From the NCBI GenBank assembly GCA_041656935.1, contig JBBACQ010000002.1, positions 27,603 through 91,602 of the forward strand: a DNA stretch of 64,000 nt. The letters run 5' to 3'. Below are positions 56,616 through 64,000 of the stretch, piece by piece. This DNA is from Patescibacteria group bacterium. GTDB lineage: Bacteria > Patescibacteriota > Patescibacteriia > Patescibacteriales > UBA12465. The notes under the pieces were generated by a model that did not search any database, had not been told where the DNA came from, and worked only from the letters and a program-made list of their open reading frames with translations. Every line of letters starts with the position of its first letter. The stretch's first letter is position 1. A program made the position numbers and the translations under genes.

Positions 56616-56933
56616 TTATTTATTAGAAGGGGAAATCGGCCACTCATCTTCTTCATCATCATAAGAATTTTTTTTCTCTTCTGAGAGAGATGTTTTTGGA
56701 CTATTTTTTTCTATTTCTTTATTTATTTTTTTTAATTTCTTAAACATTAAAACATTAGAAACAATAAAAGCGACTAAGATAGATAAAATTAAAATGAAAT
56801 GAGTATTAAATAATCTATCAATTAAATATCCAATTCCACCGATAACCAACAAAGGCCCTAAAACCGAAAAACTTATATATAAAAACATAGCTCGAGCTAT
56901 TTCTTTATTGTTTTTAAAATACTCTTTCATCAT
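56616..56933 (-). CDS. AtpZ/AtpI-like small membrane protein
   Basis: Two TM helices; first gene of the atp operon. ATG at 56931-56933 (the track start is a GTG). Confidence 0.6.
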   Translation of the reverse strand: MMKEYFKNNKEIARAMFLYISFSVLGPLLVIGGIGYLIDRLFNTHFILILSILVAFIVSNVLMFKKLKKINKEIEKNSPKTSLSEEKKNSYDDEEDEWPISPSNK

Positions 56934-56988
56934 AGCTAAAATCACTTAAAAATTAAACAAAAAAACACTTATAAACACTAGTGCTTTA

Positions 56989-57017
56989 ATTATCGAATAT
57001 TAATTATAAAAAGTCAA
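56989..57017 (-). promoter_or_regulatory. atp operon promoter
   Basis: On the minus strand: TTGACT (57012-57017), 17-nt spacer, GATAAT (56989-56994). Confidence 0.55.
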
Positions 57018-57057
57018 GGGTAAATTTAGATTAAAATTATTGGTTTATAATCATAAT

Positions 57058-57924
57058 CTAGTCCTCTTGGAGATCGTTTATATTAAAAAAATTCAATGAA
57101 TTATGGAAAACAGCTCTCTCCACCTCTTCTAAACTAATTTTCTTAATTTCAGCTATCTTTTGGGCTACCTTTTTCACATATAATGGCTCATTTCTTTGAC
57201 CACGATAAGGGACTGGCGTTAAATATGGAGAATCAGTTTCTATCATTATTTTTTCCAACGGAGCTTTCTCAATAACATCATCCCATTGTCGATTAAAAGT
57301 TATTAACCCAGTAAAAGAAATTTTTAAATTAATCGCAAAATATTTTTGGGCCATCTCATAATCGCCAGAAAAACAATGAATAACTCCCCAATCTTTAGAA
57401 AAATTATTTTCATTATAGAAGTCTTTTAAAATTCTATATAAATCATCATGCGCTTCGCGACAATGAATAATCACTGGTAAATTATTTTTAAAAGCCAACT
57501 TTAATTGTTTTAGAAAAACAATGGCCTGCTCTTTTTTAATTTTGTCCTCCTCCTCTTTATTTTCGGAATTAATATGATAATAGTCTAAACCAATTTCCCC
57601 GATGGCAACTACTTTTTTACTCTTGTCTATTAATTTCTGATAATTATCTTCAATAAACTTTTCACCTCGACTTTTAAATTCATACTTGCCATTTTCATTA
57701 TCATTTTTAACTAAATAATCTTGTAAATGAATCGGATGTAAGCCCACGGCCGAATAAAGACCAGACTTAAAACTGTCAGCTAACTCTACCGCCCGACTAG
57801 AAGTATTTAATTCCGCCCCAACAACTATCATCGAAACATTTTCCGCTAAAGCTCGATTAGCAACCAATGAATAATCTTCTTTGAAATCTTTAAAATTTAA
57901 ATGACAATGAGTATCTATATACAT
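57058..57924 (-). CDS. tatD: TatD-family metal-dependent hydrolase
   Basis: 288 aa starting MYIDTHCHL, with ...GEIGLDYY...IHCR.... Confidence 0.85.
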   Translation of the reverse strand: MYIDTHCHLNFKDFKEDYSLVANRALAENVSMIVVGAELNTSSRAVELADSFKSGLYSAVGLHPIHLQDYLVKNDNENGKYEFKSRGEKFIEDNYQKLIDKSKKVVAIGEIGLDYYHINSENKEEEDKIKKEQAIVFLKQLKLAFKNNLPVIIHCREAHDDLYRILKDFYNENNFSKDWGVIHCFSGDYEMAQKYFAINLKISFTGLITFNRQWDDVIEKAPLEKIMIETDSPYLTPVPYRGQRNEPLYVKKVAQKIAEIKKISLEEVERAVFHNSLNFFNINDLQED

Positions 57925-57927
57925 ATT

Positions 57928-59010
57928 TTATAATTCAATTTCTTCTAATTTTGTTCTATCTTTTTTAGATAAACTTTTAGGAATATTCACCATAACTTCA
58001 ACAAAGTGATCGCCGTTTCCGCCACCTCTAAGTTTAGGCACTCCCTTATTTTTTATTTTAAAAACAGTTCCCGATTGAGTTCCTTCTGGTATCTTCAAAA
58101 CCACATCTCCGTGGACTGTTTTTATTTTTATTTTATCTCCTAAAATTGCCTGCTTAAAGTTGATAGTAGTTTTATCATAAATATCATACATTTTTCTTCT
58201 AAAATTTTTATCCGGATTGATTTTTATTATTAAAATTAAATCTCCGGCTGAAGAATTTTTAATTCCACTATTTCCTCGACCTGATAATCTAAGAGATTCG
58301 CCTTCGTTAATGCCAGCTGGTATTTTTACTTTCATTTTTTCTTGTCCTTTATAAATTCCATTGCCATTACATTTGCTACATTTTTTAGAATAAGTTTTTC
58401 CTTCACCATCACAATTCTGACAAACACTCTCCGCCTGAAAAGAACCGAAAATAGTTCTTTGCATTTTAAAAACACGCCCACTTCCTTTACAATCAGGGCA
58501 AGTCTCAACTTTAGCCCCTGGCTCAGCTCCGCTACCATTACATTTTTCGCATTTTATATTTTTATTTAACAATATTTCTTTTTCAGCTCCAAAAATTGCT
58601 TCCCTAAAATCGATTGTTAAAATTGCTTCAATATTTGACCCTTCTCTATTAGCTCTTCTTTGTTTCCCCGAACGAGATGAAAAGCCAAACATATCTCCAA
58701 TCCCACCAAAAAGATCTCCCATATCATCAAAATCCATATTAACACCCGAAAAGTTACCATTTTGAAAGCCAGAAAAATCAAAACCAGCCCCACCCATATT
58801 ATTAAAATTAGAGCCAAATTGATCATATTGCTTTCTTTTTTGTTCATTACCTAAAACCTGATAAGCTTCATTCAGCTCCTTAAATTTATTAGGGTCACCG
58901 CCCTTATCAGGATGATGTTGGTGCGCTAACTTTCTAAAAGCAATTTTAATTTCTGCTTGATTAGCTCCTTTAGAAACTCCTAAAATGTTATAATAATCTT
59001 TATTTGCCAT
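57928..59010 (-). CDS. dnaJ: molecular chaperone DnaJ
   Basis: 360 aa with J domain (HPD in HQHHPDKGG), a G/F region and four CxxCxGxG repeats. Confidence 0.95.
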   Translation of the reverse strand: MANKDYYNILGVSKGANQAEIKIAFRKLAHQHHPDKGGDPNKFKELNEAYQVLGNEQKRKQYDQFGSNFNNMGGAGFDFSGFQNGNFSGVNMDFDDMGDLFGGIGDMFGFSSRSGKQRRANREGSNIEAILTIDFREAIFGAEKEILLNKNIKCEKCNGSGAEPGAKVETCPDCKGSGRVFKMQRTIFGSFQAESVCQNCDGEGKTYSKKCSKCNGNGIYKGQEKMKVKIPAGINEGESLRLSGRGNSGIKNSSAGDLILIIKINPDKNFRRKMYDIYDKTTINFKQAILGDKIKIKTVHGDVVLKIPEGTQSGTVFKIKNKGVPKLRGGGNGDHFVEVMVNIPKSLSKKDRTKLEEIEL

Positions 59011-59172
59011 TGTTAAAATAAGATTTTTATAATCCTTGTTAACTCACCTAGATCTGACTAGTCCATTTTTAGTTTTTACAAAAAGAAAAAGTTAGTTTAA
59101 CTGGGTGAAAAGATTTTTATTATCTTTAATATATTATTTTATTTTCTATCGCTCTCCAATTCTATCTTCCGA

Positions 59173-61107
59173 TTAACTATTTTCAACTTCGCCTTCAACA
59201 ACATTGTCGTCAGATTTAGTTGAGCCATCAGAAGAGGAGTTTTCTGGATTATTTTCACCAGAAGGAGCTCCCGAATTATTATCAGTTGAGCTAGCTGATT
59301 CTGAACTTTGACTTTGATACATAGCTGTCCCAATTTTTTGAGCTATTTCATTTAACTCTTCCATTTTTTTCTTCATATCATCATAATCTTCTCCGTCTTT
59401 TATTTTCTTCAACTCTTCTAATTTATTCTCTAGCTCTTTTTTGTCCTCTTCTTTCATTTTTTCACCCGATTCTTTTATTAATTTCTCCGTAGTGAAAACA
59501 ACGGCTTCGGCTTGATTTTTAATTTCAATATTATCCTTCTTTTTCTTATCTTCCTCGGCATGAATTTCAGCTTCTTTTTGCATTCTCTCTATTTCTTCTT
59601 TACTTAAACCAGAGGAAGCTGTAATTGTTATTTTCTGCTCTTTATTAGTGGCCTTATCTTTGGCAATTACATTTAATATTCCATTAGCATCAATATCAAA
59701 GGTAACTTCAACTTGAGGGATGCCTCGAGGGGCTGGTGGAATGCCATCTAGAATAAAGCGCCCTAAAGTTTTATTATCACTGGCCATGGGTCTCTCACCT
59801 TGAACCACATGAATTTCTACGCTCGGTTGATTATCGGCGGCAGTAGAAAACACTTGAGATTTAGAAGTTGGAACAGTAGTATTTCTTTCAATTAAAGGAG
59901 TAGCCACCCCACCTAAAGTTTCAATTCCTAAAGTTAAAGGGGTAACATCTAATAACAAAACGTCTTTAACATCACCTTGTAAAACACCAGCTTGAACAGC
60001 TGCTCCAACAGCCACCACTTCATCTGGGTTTACACTTAAATTTGGCTCTTTACCAAAAAATTCTTTTACCTTTTTTTGTACTAACGGCATTCTAGTCATT
60101 CCTCCAACTAAAATAATTTCCTCAATATCTGAAATTTTGAAATTAGCATCAGCTAAAGCTTTTTTGCAAGGCTCAATAGTTCTATCAACTAAATCAGAAA
60201 TTAATTCCTCTAATTTCGACCGAGTTAATTTCATAACTAAATGTTTTGGCCCACCGGAATCAGTAGTAATAAAAGGTTGATTAATTTCAGTTTCCATGGC
60301 AGTCGATAATTCTATTTTAGCTTTTTCGGCTGATTCTTTTATTCTTTGAGTAGCCAAAGGATCATTAGACAAATCTATTCCCTGATCTTTTTTAAATTCA
60401 GTAACAATCCAATCAATAATTCTTTGATCAAAATCTTCTCCACCTAAATGGGTGTCTCCATTAGTAGCTTTAACTTCAACAGTATCAGCAGAAATGTCTA
60501 AGATAGAGACATCAAAAGTTCCTCCACCTAAATCATAAACTACCACTTGTTGACCTTTCTTTTTATCAAAACCATAGGCCAAGGCGGCGGCGGTTGGCTC
60601 ATTAATAATTCTCTTTACTTCTAGTCCCGCAATTTTACCCGCATCTTTAGTAGCCTGTCTTTGAGCATCATTAAAATAAGCTGGAACGGTAATAACTGCT
60701 TCAGTAATTTTCTCTCCAATTTTAGCTTCAGCATCGGCTTTTAATTTAGATAAAATCATAGCTGAAATCTCCTGGGGAGTATATTCCTTGTCATTCATTT
60801 TTACTTTTACGCCCTCACCAGCTTTTACAATCTCATAAGGTACCATTTTGGCATCTTTCTTAACCTCATCGTCATTAAATTTCCGGCCAATCAAACGTTT
60901 AACGGAATAAACTGTCCCTTTAGGGTTAGTAACCGCTTGTCTCTTAGCTGATTGTCCGACTAGTCTTTCTCCACTCTTAGAAATAGCTACGACCGAAGGA
61001 GTGGTTCTGTTTCCTTCTGAATTTTCTAATATTTTTGGCTGGCCACCCTCAATAATTGCCATGGCTGAATTGGTTGTTCCTAAATCAATTCCTAAAATTT
61101 TTCCCAT
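59173..61107 (-). CDS. dnaK: molecular chaperone DnaK
   Basis: 644 aa with GIDLGTTNS and DLGGGTFD signatures. Confidence 0.97.
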   Translation of the reverse strand: MGKILGIDLGTTNSAMAIIEGGQPKILENSEGNRTTPSVVAISKSGERLVGQSAKRQAVTNPKGTVYSVKRLIGRKFNDDEVKKDAKMVPYEIVKAGEGVKVKMNDKEYTPQEISAMILSKLKADAEAKIGEKITEAVITVPAYFNDAQRQATKDAGKIAGLEVKRIINEPTAAALAYGFDKKKGQQVVVYDLGGGTFDVSILDISADTVEVKATNGDTHLGGEDFDQRIIDWIVTEFKKDQGIDLSNDPLATQRIKESAEKAKIELSTAMETEINQPFITTDSGGPKHLVMKLTRSKLEELISDLVDRTIEPCKKALADANFKISDIEEIILVGGMTRMPLVQKKVKEFFGKEPNLSVNPDEVVAVGAAVQAGVLQGDVKDVLLLDVTPLTLGIETLGGVATPLIERNTTVPTSKSQVFSTAADNQPSVEIHVVQGERPMASDNKTLGRFILDGIPPAPRGIPQVEVTFDIDANGILNVIAKDKATNKEQKITITASSGLSKEEIERMQKEAEIHAEEDKKKKDNIEIKNQAEAVVFTTEKLIKESGEKMKEEDKKELENKLEELKKIKDGEDYDDMKKKMEELNEIAQKIGTAMYQSQSSESASSTDNNSGAPSGENNPENSSSDGSTKSDDNVVEGEVENS

Positions 61108-61230
61108 ATTATTTTTTTCGATAAATTTAAATAGTTTTTTTTATTTAAATTTATAATTAATTATATTTTATTAATATTTATTTTCTAGTTACCAAAAAAT
61201 GATAACTAGAGATAAATATCAATTTTAATT

Positions 61231-61665
61231 TTATTTATTTTTTGTTTTAATTTTTATCGATTTTGGTTTAACTTCTGAGGCTTTCGGTATAGATATCTTT
61301 AAAATTCCACCTTCAGCTACCGCTGAAGCATTATCACCCAAAACTCTAGCTGGTAAAGGAATAGACCGATAAAATCCACCCCGACGAATTTCCTTGCGAT
61401 AATAATTCTTTTCCTCTACCTCAGTTTTTTTCTCGCCTTCGCCCTTTATACACAAGACATCATTTTCAATTGAAATATCAATTTTTTCTGGGTCGATACC
61501 CGCCAATTGGGTCTCAACTATAACATTATCTTTGTCTTCGTACATATCAATCGCCGGCATAAAACCGCTATTATTACGGACTGCCGGTAAAAAATCTGAC
61601 ATCATTTTATCCATTTCTTCAAAATAATTGTCGCTTAGAAATGGACTCCATTTAATAAGAGACAT
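61231..61665 (-). CDS. Hsp20/alpha-crystallin family protein (second copy)
   Basis: 144 aa with ...GGFYRSIPLPARV...AEGGILKISIPK. Inserted between grpE and dnaK. Confidence 0.85.
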   Translation of the reverse strand: MSLIKWSPFLSDNYFEEMDKMMSDFLPAVRNNSGFMPAIDMYEDKDNVIVETQLAGIDPEKIDISIENDVLCIKGEGEKKTEVEEKNYYRKEIRRGGFYRSIPLPARVLGDNASAVAEGGILKISIPKASEVKPKSIKIKTKNK

Positions 61666-61725
61666 ATCTTCTAAAATTCTTTTTTCAAAATAATTTATAA
61701 ATTATAGATGAAAAAAGAAAAAAAA

Positions 61726-62304
61726 TTATTTATTTTCTTCGGTGGTTTTATCCTCTTTTGGAAAAAGAACTACCTTAGCTGGTATAATAACCTTATTATT
61801 TAAAATATAACCTGAACGAAGCTCCTTTTTTACGATATCGCTATCGCCCTTAACGGCTTCCATTTTATTATAATCAAATTTTTCTCCAACTGTTTTTATT
61901 TCTTCTACTCCATTATCTCTAAATATCTCGCTAAACTGTTTAATTACATACTTTATACCATCAACCCAAGGGCTATTTTGTTCCTTTTCATCTAAAGTAT
62001 TTATAGCCATCTTAAGATTGTCATAAACTGGTAAAATTTCTAATAAAAACTTCTCTAAAGAATATTTAAAAAATTCAACTTTCTGCTCCGATGATTTTTT
62101 TAATAAATTCTGATAATCAGCTAAAGCCCTTTTAAATTTACCCTCCAAATCGACATTTTCCTCTTTTAAGCCTTCTATAATCTTTTCACAATCTTCGCAT
62201 TCGCAGGAAGATAAATTTAAATCATTTTTTTTACCGTCCTCTAAATTATTATTATCTATATTTTTATTTTTTAGATTTTTCATATTTTTTTTAGGATTTA
62301 TCAC
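61726..62304 (-). CDS. grpE: nucleotide exchange factor GrpE
   Basis: 192 aa with ...FKRALADYQNLLKKSSEQ... coiled coil and a C-terminal beta domain. Overlaps the hrcA stop by 14 nt. Confidence 0.85.
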   Translation of the reverse strand: MINPKKNMKNLKNKNIDNNNLEDGKKNDLNLSSCECEDCEKIIEGLKEENVDLEGKFKRALADYQNLLKKSSEQKVEFFKYSLEKFLLEILPVYDNLKMAINTLDEKEQNSPWVDGIKYVIKQFSEIFRDNGVEEIKTVGEKFDYNKMEAVKGDSDIVKKELRSGYILNNKVIIPAKVVLFPKEDKTTEENK

Positions 62305-62986
62305 CTAACTTATTTTTTAAATAATAAATTAAACTTAAATTTTTTTCATAGTCCATTCTCATGGGGCCTAATAATCCTACTACTCCTCTTTGATTATCTT
62401 TTTCATACTTAAGCAAAACTGTACTTAAAAAACCACCAAAAGGATTTTTTTCTCCAATAAAAATTTTTTCTCCTAAATTTAACTGATCAAATATCTCCCC
62501 AATAATTTCCTCCATTCTATCAATAATCGAAGAAACATTGCAAACTAAATCATTTTGACGAAATTCCGGCTGAATAAATAAATTTGATATCCCGGTATAA
62601 TATAAATTATTTTTATGAAAGGCCCAGAAAACTGCATTTTTAGAAAAATCGGCCATTAACTTGGCTACCTTTTTAAAACCTTCTTCTGAAAAATCAAAAA
62701 CTTCTTCCAACTCTTTTAAATCATCTTTTTTTATTTTCTGCTCTTCTAAATCATTCTCAATATAATAATTATAAGCTTTCTCGGTTGGTATTCTACCAGA
62801 AGAAGTATGCGGTTGATAGATATAACCAAGTTCTTCTAACTCGGCCATTTCATTTCTAGCAGTCGCTGAAGAAATCCCCAATTTATATTTTTCTACCAAA
62901 AAACCAGAGCTTACCGGTTGAGCTGTTTTTATATATTCCTTAACTAACACTAATAAAATAAGTTCTTTTCTTGAGTCAATTTTCAT
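62291..62986 (-). CDS. hrcA: heat-inducible repressor HrcA, compact form
   Basis: 231 aa with N-terminal winged helix ...PVSSGFLVEKYKLGISSATARNEMAELEELGYIYQPHTSSGRIPT and C-terminal LLGPMRMDY. A CIRCE operator lies upstream. Confidence 0.85.
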   Translation of the reverse strand: MKIDSRKELILLVLVKEYIKTAQPVSSGFLVEKYKLGISSATARNEMAELEELGYIYQPHTSSGRIPTEKAYNYYIENDLEEQKIKKDDLKELEEVFDFSEEGFKKVAKLMADFSKNAVFWAFHKNNLYYTGISNLFIQPEFRQNDLVCNVSSIIDRMEEIIGEIFDQLNLGEKIFIGEKNPFGGFLSTVLLKYEKDNQRGVVGLLGPMRMDYEKNLSLIYYLKNKLGDKS

Positions 62987-63008
62987 ATAAAATATTAGAG
63001 ATAGTCTT

Positions 63009-63046
63009 ATTATACAAAATTAGCACTCCTGTGTCAAGAGTGCTAA
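63009..63046 (-). promoter_or_regulatory. perfect CIRCE operator with a consensus promoter nested in it
   Basis: TTAGCACTC-N9-GAGTGCTAA at 63020-63046. On the minus strand TTGACA (63032-63037) lies in the N9 spacer, followed by 17 nt and TATAAT (63009-63014). Confidence 0.9.
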
Positions 63047-63088
63047 TTTAAAGATATTTAAAAGGTGAAAATAAATTTTACTAAAGAA

Positions 63089-64000
63089 TTATTTTTTGAT
63101 TTTATTTCTCAAAAAGGCCGGAACATCTAGATCCTCTTCTTTGGGAGTTTCATCAATCTTCTTTTTATTTCGGATAAAGGCGGGGGTATCTAAATCATCT
63201 TCCTCATTTAGATCCGACGTCTTTATTTTTTCCTTATTAAAAATATTCTTAGAATTAAAATTAAAAATTGATTTTTTGTTTTCCTCTTTTCTATCCGAAA
63301 AAGAATCTTTTATTTTTTCAGAATCACTATCAATGCTATCCATAATACTATAATCTTTTTTGGAAAAATTAAAATAATCATTACTAGCAGTATTTTTCTT
63401 TTCTGGCTCTTTTTTTATAATCGGACGTTGATTCTTATCATTAAAACCAGTAGCTACTATAGTAATCTTTAATTCTTCGCCTAAGTTTTCATCAATAACT
63501 GCTCCAAAAATGATTTTAGCATCTTTGTCGGCTAAAGAATTAATCATCTTAGCAGCATCACTTACTTCGGACATACTTAATTCGCTTCCTCCAGTAATAG
63601 TAAAGACTATACCCCTAGCTCCATCAATTGAGGTTTCTAATAAAGCCGAATTTATCGCTGCCTTTACGGCATCAATTGCTCTGTTTTCACCAGAAGCTTG
63701 TCCGACTCCCATTAGAGCTGTTCCCGTTCCCGACATAATGGTTCTAACATCAGCGAAGTCAGCATTAACAATACCAGGCACAGTTATAATTTCAGAAATA
63801 CCTTGGACTCCTTGACGCAGAATATTATCAGCCATCTTAAAAGAATCAATAAAGGTTGTTCTCTTATCGATAATTTCTAATAATTTTTCATTAGAAACGG
63901 TAATAATGGTATCTACCTTTTCAGCTAAAAGAGAATAACCTTCTTCGGCTACTCTTTGTCTTACCCCGCCTTCAAAATGAAAAGGTTTAGTAACAACAGC
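63089..64000 (-). CDS. ftsZ: cell division protein FtsZ (5' end outside window)
   Basis: The frame stays open upstream of the track ORF to the window edge (...VVTKPFHFEGGVRQRVAEEG...). It has a GTPase/C-terminal domain, a long linker and two DLDxPAFxRNK peptides. Confidence 0.9.
   Translation of the reverse strand, partial: AVVTKPFHFEGGVRQRVAEEGYSLLAEKVDTIITVSNEKLLEIIDKRTTFIDSFKMADNILRQGVQGISEIITVPGIVNADFADVRTIMSGTGTALMGVGQASGENRAIDAVKAAINSALLETSIDGARGIVFTITGGSELSMSEVSDAAKMINSLADKDAKIIFGAVIDENLGEELKITIVATGFNDKNQRPIIKKEPEKKNTASNDYFNFSKKDYSIMDSIDSDSEKIKDSFSDRKEENKKSIFNFNSKNIFNKEKIKTSDLNEEDDLDTPAFIRNKKKIDETPKEEDLDVPAFLRNKIKK

Overview
AT-rich, tightly packed bacterial chromosome segment. The gene content and style suggest a small-genome Patescibacteria/CPR-type organism; this is an inference from the pilin-FISUMP fusion, compact proteins, many lineage-specific hypotheticals and tRNAs without encoded CCA. 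Most of the window is core housekeeping: trxB-gdh-trxA, single-chain purL, ychF, tsaD, valS, pheST, trpS, topA, dprA, pth, rpoBC, mltG, a complete F1Fo ATP synthase operon, tatD, the hrcA-grpE-hsp20-dnaK-dnaJ heat-shock cluster with a perfect CIRCE operator, part of ftsZ, and four tRNAs (Glu-TTC, Ile-TAT, Val-GAC, Cys-GCA). The main finding is a set of three gene modules: a nucleotidyltransferase at 8.1-9.1 kb, an HD protein at 27.7-28.5 kb, and a radical-SAM/SPASM plus methyltransferase pair at 28.5-30.8 kb. Each ends in a roughly 90-100 nt imperfect-palindrome site whose stems covary. Each module's 5' terminal bases complement the box at its own distant 3' end, and both insertion loci share the same split flanking sequence. 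This is integron-cassette (attC-like, G|TT crossover) logic, yet no recombinase lies in the window and the loci sit among essential genes. A second accessory patch at 46.7-50.0 kb holds a tandemly duplicated paralog pair with a 100% identical core, tRNA-Cys followed by three 181-bp-spaced copies of its own 3' end with GC-rich hairpin-rich units, and a HigBA-like toxin-antitoxin pair. Smaller observations include a promoter- and terminator-bounded candidate sRNA, perfect DnaA boxes abutting two strong promoters, a 100-nt G-free tract, heptamer arrays next to tRNAs, and an FtsZ with a duplicated C-terminal peptide. All calls come from reading the sequence and the ORF translations; no database search was run.
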